Counted from the first letter of the stretch, positions 52,185 to 62,180 are shown. The stretch: 64,000 bases of DNA from Longimicrobiales bacterium (GCA_965198065.1 CBDAON010000004.1:640001-704000), one strand, 5' to 3'. Numbers and translations are program-made. The notes: generated by a model from the letters alone, not told the origin.

Positions 52185-53696
52185 ATGACCCTTCCGCTCC
52201 TCCGAAACGCGGAGTCCCGTCCCGAGCGGGTGGCCCTTGTCGCCCCCGAAGGGGTGTTCACCTACGCGGACCTAGTCCAGGCCTCCCACGCCGCCGCGAC
52301 AGCCCTCCTGGACGGCCGGCCCGACCTGGACGGAGCCCGGGTGTGCTTCCTCGTCCCGCCGGGCTGGCACTGGGTGGGCACACAGTGGGGCATCTGGAGG
52401 GCGGGAGGGATCGCCGTCCCGCTCGCCGTGTCGCACCCCACGGCCGAGCTCACCTACGTTCTCCGGGACACGGCCCCCGACGTCGTGGTAGCACACCCGA
52501 GCCTCCTCGAGCGCGCCCGGGCGGCAGCCGACGTAATCGCAGCACCCGTCGTCCGCACGGACGCGCTCCTCGAGGGTCCCCCCGACGGCCCCCTCCCCGA
52601 CCCGGGGCCGGACCGCACCGCGATGATACTCTACACGTCGGGGACGACTGGGCGACCCAAGGGCGTCGTGACCGCGCACGGCACGATCCAGGCCCAGGTG
52701 GAGTCGCTGGTCCAGGCGTGGGGGTGGACGGAGGCCGATCACATCCTCCTCCACCTTCCTCTCCACCACGTTCACGGGATCGTGAACGCGCTCACCTGTG
52801 CGCTCTGGTCGGGCGCGTGTTGTCAGATCCTCGAGCGCTTCGACGCCGAAGCGGTCTGGGAGCGCCTCGCCCGCGGAGACGTGACCCTCTACATGGCGGT
52901 CCCCACCGTGTATGGGCGCCTGATCCAGGCGTGGGGCGCGGCCGACCCGGATCGGAGGACCCGATGGTCTGCGGGAGCGGCGGGTAGTCTCCGCCTCATG
53001 GTGAGCGGATCCGCTGCCCTTCCTCCCTCGACCCTGGCCCGCTGGGAGGAGATCACAGGTCAGCGACTCCTCGAGCGCTACGGGATGACCGAGATCGGGA
53101 TGGCCCTCTCGAACCCACTCCGCGCTGAGCGGCGAGCGAGGTACGTGGGGACTCCTCTCCCCGGTGTCGACGTCCGCCTCGTGGACGACGGCGGACGCGC
53201 GCCCCCAAACGGCCAGCCGGGTGAAATCCAGGTCCGAGGGTCCACCGTCTTCCGCGGCTACTGGCGCCGCCCCCGTGAGACCGCAGAGGCGTTCACGGAG
53301 GACGGGTGGTTTCGAACGGGCGATCAGGCGGTCGTTGAGGAGGGAGCGTGGAGGATCCTGGGCCGAGCGAGCACGGACATCTTGAAGACCGGGGGCGAGA
53401 AGGTCTCGGCCCTGGAGATCGAGGACGTCCTCCGTGAGCGGAGGGATGTCTTGGACTGCGCGGTCGTCGGGGTCCCGGATTCCGACTGGGGCGAGCGTGT
53501 GTGCGCGGCCGTCGTTCCCGACGCGAACGGATCGCCGCCCAGCGTGGACGAGCTCCGGGCGTTCGCGGAAAAACGGCTCGCTCCGTACAAGGTCCCGAGA
53601 TCCCTCCTTCTCGTTGACGAGCTGCCCCGGAATGCCATGGGAAAGGTCACGAAGCCCGAGGTCCGACGACTCTTCGAGACGGAGGAGGCCACATGA
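52185..53696 (+). CDS. Acyl-CoA synthetase (malonyl-CoA synthetase/ACSF3-like)
   Basis: YTSGTTGRPKG, LPLHHVHG, LLERYGMTE, WFRTGD, KVSALEIE and PRNAMGK motifs. Confidence 0.9.
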   Translation: MTLPLLRNAESRPERVALVAPEGVFTYADLVQASHAAATALLDGRPDLDGARVCFLVPPGWHWVGTQWGIWRAGGIAVPLAVSHPTAELTYVLRDTAPDVVVAHPSLLERARAAADVIAAPVVRTDALLEGPPDGPLPDPGPDRTAMILYTSGTTGRPKGVVTAHGTIQAQVESLVQAWGWTEADHILLHLPLHHVHGIVNALTCALWSGACCQILERFDAEAVWERLARGDVTLYMAVPTVYGRLIQAWGAADPDRRTRWSAGAAGSLRLMVSGSAALPPSTLARWEEITGQRLLERYGMTEIGMALSNPLRAERRARYVGTPLPGVDVRLVDDGGRAPPNGQPGEIQVRGSTVFRGYWRRPRETAEAFTEDGWFRTGDQAVVEEGAWRILGRASTDILKTGGEKVSALEIEDVLRERRDVLDCAVVGVPDSDWGERVCAAVVPDANGSPPSVDELRAFAEKRLAPYKVPRSLLLVDELPRNAMGKVTKPEVRRLFETEEAT

Positions 53697-55198
53697 TCGA
53701 CGCGGTCCTCTCGAACCTGGGCGAGTATTGGATGGTGTACTCCCTTCTCGCCCTGTACACCCTGGTGCTCGCCCATCACGCCTGGGTCGGGAACCGAAGC
53801 ACGAAGGGCCTCACGGACTATTACGTGGGTGGGCGGAAGATGGGCGGGTGGCTGATCGGCCTCTCCTTCTTTGCAACGTACGCGAGCACCAACTCGTTCG
53901 TGGGGTTCGCCGGGCAGACGTACGACTGGGGTGTCCCGTGGATGCTGTTCATCCCGACCGCGGTTGCCCTCGCCTTCTTCGCCTGGATCGTGGTGGCGCC
54001 CCGGCTCCGGAGCTTCACAGAGGCGATGGGCGCGCTCACGATCCCCGATTTCATCGGCTTCCGCTTCTCGAGCACACCGGCACGCGTCGCGGCAGCGTTC
54101 GTCGTAATCGCCGGGTCGTTCTTCTACATGACCGCCGTGTTCACCGGAATCGGGCGGCTCCTCGAGGTCTTCCTCGAGATCCCGTACATGCTCTCGATCG
54201 TGATCGTGTTCATCGTCGTCATGCTTTACACGATGATCGGCGGCTTCATTAGCGTCGTACGGACGGATGGCCTCCAGGCCGTGGTGATGATGGTCGCCGC
54301 CGCGGTGCTCTTTACCGGGACGGTGGACGCGGCCGGCGGGCTCGCATCGCTCGGGGAGGTCCGGGCGCAGCCGGACGGCGAGGCCCTTTTCCGCCTGGGG
54401 GGTGGGGTCGCGGTCCCGGTGCTCATCGGGACGATGTTCGCGGGGCTCGTCAAGTTCGCGGTCGAGCCGCGGCAGCTCTCGCGCTTCTACGCGATCGAGG
54501 ACGCACGGGCGATCCGTACGGGGATGTGGGTCTCGTGCATCACGTTCGCCGCGGTGTTCTCAATGCTGATCCCGATCGGCCTGTACGCTCGAAACATCTT
54601 CCCGGGCGGGCTCGAAAACACGGACCTCGTCGTACCGAATCTCCTCTCCCAGGTCTTCGGCCCCGGGACCGCGGCCTTTCTTCTGGTCGCCATGGTCGCC
54701 GCGGCGATGTCCTCGCTCGACTCCGTCCTCCTCGTCCTCGCCTCCACCACCGAGCGGGATCTCGTGAGCCTCGTGCGACCGGGCCGCAGCGAGACCGCCG
54801 AGATGACGTGGACGCGGGGGTGGGTCGCGCTCTTCGCGTTCATCACGATGCTGATCTCCCTCGATCCGCCCGGGGGGATCGTCTCCCTCACGGCGTTCAG
54901 CGGCGCTCTCTACGGAGCGTGCTTCTTCCCGGCGGTGGTGCTCGGCCTCCACTGGAAGCGGGGGAGTGGGACCGCCGTGCTCGGGTCCTTCGCATCGGGA
55001 GTCGCGGTCCTCCTGCTCTGGCGGTTCGTGCCAGGCTCCGAGGTAACCCACGAGGTCTTCCCCGCCCTCGCCCTGTCCACCGCGACGTACGCCGGCCTCG
55101 CGCTCGTAACTGAGGACGGGGCGACCGAGGCCGTGCGTCAGCTCCTAGACGGAACGGCCAAGCCAGAGCCCGAGGCTGCGAGCCCACCGGTGCGGTAA
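53693..55198 (+). CDS. Sodium:solute symporter family protein
   Basis: DYYVGGR, S.FATY.STNSF.G..G, TIPDFI..RF and AAAMSSLDS motifs. ATGA overlap with the synthetase. Confidence 0.92.
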   Translation: MIDAVLSNLGEYWMVYSLLALYTLVLAHHAWVGNRSTKGLTDYYVGGRKMGGWLIGLSFFATYASTNSFVGFAGQTYDWGVPWMLFIPTAVALAFFAWIVVAPRLRSFTEAMGALTIPDFIGFRFSSTPARVAAAFVVIAGSFFYMTAVFTGIGRLLEVFLEIPYMLSIVIVFIVVMLYTMIGGFISVVRTDGLQAVVMMVAAAVLFTGTVDAAGGLASLGEVRAQPDGEALFRLGGGVAVPVLIGTMFAGLVKFAVEPRQLSRFYAIEDARAIRTGMWVSCITFAAVFSMLIPIGLYARNIFPGGLENTDLVVPNLLSQVFGPGTAAFLLVAMVAAAMSSLDSVLLVLASTTERDLVSLVRPGRSETAEMTWTRGWVALFAFITMLISLDPPGGIVSLTAFSGALYGACFFPAVVLGLHWKRGSGTAVLGSFASGVAVLLLWRFVPGSEVTHEVFPALALSTATYAGLALVTEDGATEAVRQLLDGTAKPEPEAASPPVR

Positions 55199-55393
55199 CG
55201 CCCGGGACCGGGCTGGCCGATCCGGGGTCGGAGCTCAGCGGTCGGCGGCCGGGCATGAACCGCCGACACGTCGGGCGCTTCGCCTCCGCCCCTGAGGCCC
55301 CCCCCGGCGGTCCTTGCCGCGGAAAACGGCAGCCCATACGGTTCAGCACCAGCCTTCCCACTCACGCGATCCAGCGGAAAGCGAGTCTGCACC

Positions 55394-56455
55394 ATGTCTA
55401 GGCCACATCGTTTCGTAAAGAGCTTCGCGATTGCCGCAGTGACCGCGGCCATCTGCCTACTCCCCGCCATAGGCGCTCGGGCGCAGTCGGGACCCAGCCC
55501 GTACCGGCTCGTGGACGGGTGGGCCAAGCTCCCCTCCGGACGCGAGATGGGTGCGGTCGGCAAGGTCACGGTCGATCCCGACGGGAGGCACATCTGGGCC
55601 GTGATCCGGTGCGATGCCGGGGGCGATCGGTTCGGAAGCGAGTGCCTCGACTCCGACCTGGACCCGGTGGTGAAGTTCGACCCTGAGGGGAACGCCGTGG
55701 AGAGCTTCGGTAGTGGAATGTTCATCTGGCCGCACGGGATCGACGTGGATGGGGACGGGAACGTCTGGGTGACCGATGCGGTGAGCTCGGGCAACATCCC
55801 CGAGGGCGATCGCCGGGGCCATCAGGTGATCAAGTTCAGCCCCCAGGGTCGGGTGCTCATGACGCTCGGGACGCCGGGCATGGAGGGGAGCGGCCCGAAC
55901 GGGTTTACCTCACCGAGCGACGTGGCCGTGGCGGAGAACGGGGACGTCTTCATCGCGGACGGCCACGGCGGGAACGGGAACAACCGGGTCGTGAAGTTCT
56001 CCCCGACCGGCCAGTTCCTCCTGGCGTGGGGGCGGACGGGCTATGCCCCCGGGGAGTTCCGGACGCTTCACGCCATCGACATCGACGCCCAGGGGCGGGT
56101 CTTCGTCGGGGACCGGAGCAACAACCGGATCCAGATCTTCGATCAGGACGGGAACCACCTGGCGACCTGGACCCAGTTCGGACGCCCGAGCGGAATCGCA
56201 TTCGACGAGAACGGCAGGATCTACGTGGCCGACTCGGAGTCCGACGACGTCCAAAACCCCGGGTGGGAGATGGGGATCCGGATCGGGGATGCCGCGACCG
56301 GGTGGATCACGGAGTTCATCCCGTACCTGTGGGGCGACCCCCGGGAGACGGCCGGGAACGGAGCCGAGTTCGTGGCCGTGGATGGGGCCGGCAACCTCTA
56401 CGGCGGGGAGCCCCGCCCCCGGAAGCTCCAGAAGTACGTGAGGGTGCGCCCGTAG
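55394..56455 (+). CDS. Exported NHL-repeat protein (peptidyl-alpha-hydroxyglycine lyase-like)
   Basis: Signal peptide; WPHGIDVD.DGNVWVTD, FIADGHG..NNRV.KF and DRSNNRIQIFDQDG repeats. Confidence 0.85.
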   Translation: MSRPHRFVKSFAIAAVTAAICLLPAIGARAQSGPSPYRLVDGWAKLPSGREMGAVGKVTVDPDGRHIWAVIRCDAGGDRFGSECLDSDLDPVVKFDPEGNAVESFGSGMFIWPHGIDVDGDGNVWVTDAVSSGNIPEGDRRGHQVIKFSPQGRVLMTLGTPGMEGSGPNGFTSPSDVAVAENGDVFIADGHGGNGNNRVVKFSPTGQFLLAWGRTGYAPGEFRTLHAIDIDAQGRVFVGDRSNNRIQIFDQDGNHLATWTQFGRPSGIAFDENGRIYVADSESDDVQNPGWEMGIRIGDAATGWITEFIPYLWGDPRETAGNGAEFVAVDGAGNLYGGEPRPRKLQKYVRVRP

Positions 56456-56580
56456 GGGCGCCCGAGGGGAAGCGGGCCGAGTTCCCCCGACTCGTCGCCG
56501 ACCAGAGCGAAGGGCGCGCTCGTGCAGGAGGACTCTTGCAGTGGGACTCGACGAGAAAGAAAGTCCTAGAGGAGGACTCG

Positions 56581-57678
56581 ATGACGACTCGAATCCGTCG
56601 GATGATCGCCCGAGCGATGTTTGCGGGCGCCATTGTGCTGCCGGCGGCCGCTGCCGGGCAAGCCCAGTCGGTCACGGACGGGCGCCAGCCACTGGCCGTC
56701 GCTCGGATCCTCGCCGCCCGGTACCCGGCCGCCTCCTCCATGAGCTACATCCCGGCCGTGGCCTGGAGCGGATCGCTCCGGCTCGCGGCTCTCACCGGTG
56801 AGGCGCGCTGGCTGGAGAAGCCCCGGGAGGACATGGCACCCTTCCTCGCCGGCGAGCAGCCGACGATCACCGAGCCGTACGTGCTCACGAGGCTCGCAGG
56901 CCATCTCGCGTTCTCCGACCTCGCGAGACCGGCGGAAGGACGCGCCGGCGACGAGCGGGCCGGGGGGCTCGCCCGTTCGGCCGCGGATCTCATCCTCCCC
57001 CGCGAGACAGATGAGCTCGTCCGGTTCGGGCGGGGGTGGACCGACGACATGTTCATGGCCACGTCCCTCCTCGCCCGGGAAGCAGCGCGCACGGGGGACG
57101 TCCGGTACGCCGCCGCCGTCGGCCCGCTCCTCACGACGTACGCGGGGCGGCTCCAGCGCCCGGACGGGCTCTTCGTGCACGCCGAGGACGGTCCGTACGC
57201 GTGGGGCCGCGGGAACGGCTTCGCCGCGCTAGGCCTCGTCGAGGCGCTCACCCACCTGCCCGCCTCGTGGAGCGATCGCGAGGAGGTCCTAGAGATCTAT
57301 CGGCGTCAGATGAGCGCCCTGGTCGAGCACCAGAGCGACGACGGCAGCTGGCGTCAGGTCGTGGACGAGCCGACGAGCTCCCGCGAGCTGACCGTGACCG
57401 CCCTAGCGGTGACCGCGATGGCCCGAGGCGTCCGCATGGGCTGGCTGGACGGCACGGCGTTCTTGCCGATCATCGAGCGCGGATGGCAGGCGGTCCTCTC
57501 CCGGGTCGCGGAAGACGGGACACTTCTCGACGTCTGCGCCAGCACCGGCGCGGGGCCCACCCTCGAATACTACCTGGAACGCCCGATCGTGAACGGAGCC
57601 GACGACCGTGGCGGCGCGCTCGTCCTGCTCGCGGCCCTCGAGATGGAGGAGCTCGCTCGCTCCGACTCGGGGATGTAA
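56581..57678 (+). CDS. Glycoside hydrolase family 88/105 protein
   Basis: Signal peptide; WTDDMFM, GLFVH, WGRGNG and Q..DGSW.QV motifs. AGGAGG RBS. Confidence 0.85.
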   Translation: MTTRIRRMIARAMFAGAIVLPAAAAGQAQSVTDGRQPLAVARILAARYPAASSMSYIPAVAWSGSLRLAALTGEARWLEKPREDMAPFLAGEQPTITEPYVLTRLAGHLAFSDLARPAEGRAGDERAGGLARSAADLILPRETDELVRFGRGWTDDMFMATSLLAREAARTGDVRYAAAVGPLLTTYAGRLQRPDGLFVHAEDGPYAWGRGNGFAALGLVEALTHLPASWSDREEVLEIYRRQMSALVEHQSDDGSWRQVVDEPTSSRELTVTALAVTAMARGVRMGWLDGTAFLPIIERGWQAVLSRVAEDGTLLDVCASTGAGPTLEYYLERPIVNGADDRGGALVLLAALEMEELARSDSGM

Positions 57679-57702
57679 AGCGGCCCCGCGCCGGGCTCAG
57701 TT

Positions 57703-57885
57703 CTACGCCCCGTTCCCCTTGAAGCCGATGAAGAGGCCCAGGGCCAGGAGCGCCAGGTTGCTGGAGGCGCGGGAGAAGCCTTCAGCCGTAATCCCCACTA
57801 AGTCACCTCCCGTTAACGTCACAACCCCAGCCGCGAGGAACGAGACCGCCGCGAGCCCCACGCACGCCTTGGCCACGCCTTCCAT
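57703..57885 (-). CDS. Small (60 aa) two-TM membrane protein
   Basis: AGGAGG RBS; MEGVAKACVGLAAVSFLAAGVVTLTGGDLVGITAEGFSRASSNLALLALGLFIGFKGNGA. Confidence 0.7.
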   Translation of the reverse strand: MEGVAKACVGLAAVSFLAAGVVTLTGGDLVGITAEGFSRASSNLALLALGLFIGFKGNGA

Positions 57886-57983
57886 CGGTGACCTCCTAGT
57901 CTGAGAATTCGCCTGCGCTTCAGGGAAACAGCCCGCCCGCACGCTGGGCCGGCAGGGGGCGAAGCGCAAGCCCAGCGTCCGCG

Positions 57984-58466
57984 TCAGGGCTCGCGACGCT
58001 CCTCGAAGAAGCCTCGGAGCACGGACGCAGCGGCCTCCTCGAGCACTCCGGCGGTGACCCTGGCCCGGTGATTCAGCCGCGGATCCTGAAGCAGGTTCCC
58101 CAGGCTCCCTGCCATCCCCGCCTTCGGGTCGGGGGTCCCATAGACGACGCGCGGCACGCGCGCCAGCACAATGGCCCCCGCGCACTGGCCGCACGGCTCG
58201 ACCGTCACGTAGAGAGTGGTGTCGAGGAGCCGCCAGTCCCCGAGCTGCCGCGCCCCTTCCCGGAGCGCGACGATCTCCGCGTGCGCCGTGGGATCAGTCC
58301 GCTCCCGGGTCTGGTTCCTTCCCTCCGCGAGGATCCGTCCCCCCCGAACGAGAACCGCCCCGACGGGCACCTCGCCCCGGACCCGAGCTTCGCGCGCCCG
58401 CTCGAGGGCCCTGGCCATCCAGCAGACATCCCCGGGCTCGAGTGGATCGAACGATCCGTGGGGCAC
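57984..58466 (-). CDS. tadA: tRNA adenosine(34) deaminase
   Basis: GEVPVGAV, DPTAHAE, EPCGQCAGA, DPKAG and LNH motifs. Confidence 0.95.
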   Translation of the reverse strand: MPHGSFDPLEPGDVCWMARALERAREARVRGEVPVGAVLVRGGRILAEGRNQTRERTDPTAHAEIVALREGARQLGDWRLLDTTLYVTVEPCGQCAGAIVLARVPRVVYGTPDPKAGMAGSLGNLLQDPRLNHRARVTAGVLEEAAASVLRGFFEERREP

Positions 58467-58552
58467 GCTCGGTCAGGCGGTCCCGCGCCAGGCGCACACG
58501 CCGGATCCGGTATGAGGAGGAAGAGTCGTCGAGCGACCCGCGCCAACGCCCC

Positions 58553-59209
58553 TCAGTGGGCCGTTGCGCTGACGGGAACGGGAAGCTCCTCGAACCGACG
58601 ATAGAGGCCCGCCACCCGACCCGAGATCTGGAGCTCGTCGAAGCCGTTCACGGACACCGGGCTCAACTCCAGGCGCCCCGGCTGGAGGAAGTGGTGTTGC
58701 CCGTTCCGGCTGTAGCGGAAGAGCTCAGGGCCGCCCCCCTCCCTGAGAATCACCACCAGGTCGCCCTCGCGGATCGCCGCCGGTGACGTCGGCTCGACGA
58801 GCAGGAAGTCACCCCTGTCCACCCCGACTCCGCGGAACTCATCCCCGCGGGCGCGGACGAAGTAACATCCCTTCGCCCCCGCCAGCCGGCGGTCCACCGC
58901 GTAGTACGCCTCGATTCCATCGGAGCCGAAACCGACACGCGGATCCGGGAGCGACGCGAAGCAGGGTACAGATACCGTCTGGGGGCTCAGGTCCACCCCG
59001 AGGATCCGCACCCCTCGGGACCGGGATGGATCCCGCTCAAGATAGCCCTTCTCCGCGAGAGCTCCCAGGTGCTCGGAGACCGTCTTCGTGCTCTTGATGT
59101 CGAACTGCTCACCGATCTCGCGGATGGAAGGCTGGTAGGTGTTCGCACGGAGATAGTGGACCATGAAGTCCAAAATCCTCCGCTCCAGATCGGTGAGAAC
59201 AGCCGGCAT
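58553..59209 (-). CDS. lexA: LexA-family repressor with degenerate S24 domain
   Basis: LexA wHTH (LT..ER.ILDF, PSIREIG..F.I.S...V..HL.AL..KGYL.RDP..SRG.RI). The C-terminal domain lacks the AG site and the Ser/Lys dyad. Confidence 0.8.
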   Translation of the reverse strand: MPAVLTDLERRILDFMVHYLRANTYQPSIREIGEQFDIKSTKTVSEHLGALAEKGYLERDPSRSRGVRILGVDLSPQTVSVPCFASLPDPRVGFGSDGIEAYYAVDRRLAGAKGCYFVRARGDEFRGVGVDRGDFLLVEPTSPAAIREGDLVVILREGGGPELFRYSRNGQHHFLQPGRLELSPVSVNGFDELQISGRVAGLYRRFEELPVPVSATAH

Positions 59210-59250
59210 TCCGGTTCTCCTGAGGGGCGCCGGCGGCGCCGAGAGGCTCC

Positions 59251-59280
59251 AGCTTAACTAGCCCTTCGAAAGGGTGTCAA
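59251..59280 (-). promoter_or_regulatory. Sigma70-like promoter of the lexA-like gene with palindromic spacer
   Basis: Minus strand reads TTGACA-ccctttcgaagggctagt-TAAGCT (18-nt spacer). Confidence 0.6.
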
Positions 59281-60743
59281 GAACGCCCTTCATCATGGGT
59301 CAGGGGCGAGTCGTCCAACCTGTGGAGCGAGGCCTCGATCCTGGAGAGGGCGCGCTCCCTTCCCAGCACCGTTAGGACCTCGAAGATCCCCGGGCTCACG
59401 GCCTGGCCGGTCACCGCCACACGGAGCGGGTGGATGATGGCCCCGGCCCCCACCTCGCGCTCCTTCGCGAGGCCCCGGAGGGCCTCCTCGATCGACCCCA
59501 CCTCCCACGTCGGCAGGGCCGACAGCGCGCTCCCCGCCTCCCGAACGTAGCGCGCCGCAAGCTTCGGGTCCTTCCCCCAGTGCTTCTTCACGGCCTCCGG
59601 GTCGTACTTCAGATCGTTCGCGAGGTACATGGAGAGCTGGCCGGCGAGCTCGCTGACGGTGCCGGCCCGCGATCTCTGGAGCTCGATGGCGGCGTGCAGC
59701 CGTTCCGGGTCGTCGGCCCGCCACGCCTCGCCCACGGAGCGAAGGTTCCCCAGATCCTCGAGGACGAGGTCGGCCAGCGCCTCGACCGAAAGCCGCGAGA
59801 GGTGCTGCCGGTTCAGCCACTCGAGCTTGGTGGTGTCGAAGATCGAGCCCTTCTTCAACACCCTGTCCAGCGAGAACCGCGCCACCAGCTCGTCACGGGT
59901 GAGGATCTCCTCGTCCGTTCCCGGAGACCAGCCGAGCAAGGCGAGGAAGTTGACCATCGCATCCGGAAGGGTCCCCCGAGACCTGTACTCCGATACCGCG
60001 GTCGCCCCGTGGCGCTTCGAGAGCCGCTTTCCGTCCGGCCCCAGGATCATCGGCACATGCGCGAACGCCGGGAGGGGCCGACCGAGGGCGCGGTGCACGA
60101 GGATCTGCTTGGGCGTGTTCGAGAGGTGGTCGTCCCCCCGGATGACATGCGTGATCTCCATGTGCGCGTCGTCCGAGGCGACCGCCAGGTTGTACGTGGG
60201 CGTCCCGTCGGATCGGAGGAGGACGAGGTCCTCGATGTCCTCGTTCCGGAAGCGGGTCTTGCCGTGCACCCGGTCCTCCCACGAGGTCTCCCCCGCGGGA
60301 ACGCGGAACCTCACGGCGTGGGGCTCCCCCGCCCGCGCCCGGGACTCGGCCTCCCCGCCAGGGAGCGCGTCCGCCTCCCGGCGGGGATATCGGAGCGTGG
60401 CGGCCGGGTCCATCTGCCGGAGCCGCCTGAGCTCCTCGGGGTCCGTGAAGTCCCGGTACGCGAACCCCAGATCGAGCAAGCGCTCCGCGTCGGCCCGATG
60501 ACGGTCGATCCCCGCGCTCTGGAAGACCGGCTCCTCGTCCCACTCGAGCCCGAGCCAGCCGAGCCCGCCCAGGATCGCCTGCACGCTCTCCGGGGACGAG
60601 CGCTCCCTGTCGGTGTCCTCGATACGGAGCAGAAACCGGCCCCCCTCGTGGCGAGCGATAAGCCAGTTGTAGAGCGCGGTGCGAGCGCCACCCACGTGCA
60701 GGTATCCCGTGGGAGACGGCGCGAATCGAACGCGGACGGACAC
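59277..60743 (-). CDS. gltX: Glutamate--tRNA ligase
   Basis: RFAPSPTGYLHVGG, RIEDTD, HVIRGDDH and RLSKRHG motifs. Confidence 0.97.
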   Translation of the reverse strand: MSVRVRFAPSPTGYLHVGGARTALYNWLIARHEGGRFLLRIEDTDRERSSPESVQAILGGLGWLGLEWDEEPVFQSAGIDRHRADAERLLDLGFAYRDFTDPEELRRLRQMDPAATLRYPRREADALPGGEAESRARAGEPHAVRFRVPAGETSWEDRVHGKTRFRNEDIEDLVLLRSDGTPTYNLAVASDDAHMEITHVIRGDDHLSNTPKQILVHRALGRPLPAFAHVPMILGPDGKRLSKRHGATAVSEYRSRGTLPDAMVNFLALLGWSPGTDEEILTRDELVARFSLDRVLKKGSIFDTTKLEWLNRQHLSRLSVEALADLVLEDLGNLRSVGEAWRADDPERLHAAIELQRSRAGTVSELAGQLSMYLANDLKYDPEAVKKHWGKDPKLAARYVREAGSALSALPTWEVGSIEEALRGLAKEREVGAGAIIHPLRVAVTGQAVSPGIFEVLTVLGRERALSRIEASLHRLDDSPLTHDEGRS

Positions 60744-60779
60744 GGATGGGAGGCGACCCGCAGCGCGGAGGCCCGAGCC

Positions 60780-62078
60780 TCAGACGCGCGCTTCGCTCGG
60801 CGAGGTCCGGAAGGCCCTATCTTCCCGCCCGTACCGTGTTAGGACGTAGCCCAAGAGGATCTCCTCGAACTCCTCCACCAAGCGGTCGCCCTTCAGGGTC
60901 GTGAAGTGCTCGCCGTCCACGTACACGGGGGCCTTCGGCTCCTCGAACGTGCCCGGGAGCGAGATCCCGATATTCGCGTGCTTGGACTCCCCGGGTCCGT
61001 TCACTACGCATCCCATGACCGCCACCTGGAGATCTTCCACCCCGGGGAACGTCTCGCGCCACCCCGGCATCTCCCGGCGGATGTACGCCTGGATGCTCTC
61101 GGCCATCTCCTGGAAATAGCTGGACGTCGTGCGCCCGCACCCGGGGCAGGCCGTCACCTGCGGCTCGAAGCTGCGGATGCGCAGCGACTGGAGGATCTGC
61201 TGCGCGATCCGCACCTCCTCGGTGCGATCGCCGCCCGGCCTCGGGGTGAGGGAGACGCGGATCGTGTCGCCGATCCCCTCGATCAGGAGCGCGGAAACGG
61301 CCGCCGCGGTCGCCACGATCCCCTTCGCCCCCATGCCGGCCTCGGTGAGCCCCAGGTGGAGCGGGTACTCGGTCAGCGGCGCAAGCTCACGGTACACGGC
61401 GATGAGCTCCGGAACCTCGGAAACCTTCGCCGACAGGACGATCCGATCCTCCCCGAGGCCCGTCGCCTCGGCGAGCTCGGCCGAGCGCACCGCGCTCTGG
61501 ACGATGGCGTCCCTGAGCACGGCGTTCGCGTCCTTCGGCTCGGGAAGGGCCGCGTTTAGATCCATGAGCTCGGTGAGGAGCGCCTGGTCCAGCGACCCCC
61601 AGTTTACCCCGATTCGGATCGGCTTCCCGTTATCGATCGCGATGCGCACGATCTGCTGGAAGTTCTCGTCCCTCCGCTTGGCGCCGACGTTTCCGGGATT
61701 GATCCGGTACTTGGAGAGGGCGCGGGCGCACTCGGGGTGCCCACGCAGGAGAAGGTGCCCGTTGTAGTGGAAGTCCCCGATGATCGGCACGTCCACGCCG
61801 CGGTCCCGGAGTCGGTCGACGATCTCGGGGACGGCGGCGGCCGCCGGCTCGTGGTTCACGGTCACGCGCACGAGCTCGCTCCCCGCCCGGGCCAGCTCCG
61901 CCACCTGGGCCACCGTGGCCGGCACGTCCGCCGTGTCGGTGTTGGTCATGGACTGGACCACCACCGGCGCTCCGCCACCCACGCACACGCCGCCTATGTC
62001 CACGGCGTGGGTCTTCCGGCGGGTCCAGGGACTCAAGCGTCGCTCCCGCAAGGGGATGGGTTGATCGGCGCGGGTCAC
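60780..62078 (-). CDS. ispG: (E)-4-hydroxy-3-methylbut-2-enyl-diphosphate synthase
   Basis: [39 protein letters not shown] and [10 protein letters not shown] motifs. Start uncertain. Confidence 0.97.
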   Translation of the reverse strand: MTRADQPIPLRERRLSPWTRRKTHAVDIGGVCVGGGAPVVVQSMTNTDTADVPATVAQVAELARAGSELVRVTVNHEPAAAAVPEIVDRLRDRGVDVPIIGDFHYNGHLLLRGHPECARALSKYRINPGNVGAKRRDENFQQIVRIAIDNGKPIRIGVNWGSLDQALLTELMDLNAALPEPKDANAVLRDAIVQSAVRSAELAEATGLGEDRIVLSAKVSEVPELIAVYRELAPLTEYPLHLGLTEAGMGAKGIVATAAAVSALLIEGIGDTIRVSLTPRPGGDRTEEVRIAQQILQSLRIRSFEPQVTACPGCGRTTSSYFQEMAESIQAYIRREMPGWRETFPGVEDLQVAVMGCVVNGPGESKHANIGISLPGTFEEPKAPVYVDGEHFTTLKGDRLVEEFEEILLGYVLTRYGREDRAFRTSPSEARV

Positions 62079-62180
62079 GCCCGCGGTCTCAAATGTACTC
62101 GGCCGCCCGGGGCGGACAAAGTCGGGGCGCTCGGGCGGAGCCTGGTTCACGCCCCGACGCTCCCTCATCTTGGATGGGTG

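Noticed and set aside
56526..56579. AGGAGGACTC repeated twice upstream of the GH88/105 gene
   Set aside because: Largely a Shine-Dalgarno sequence, too short to support a separate function.
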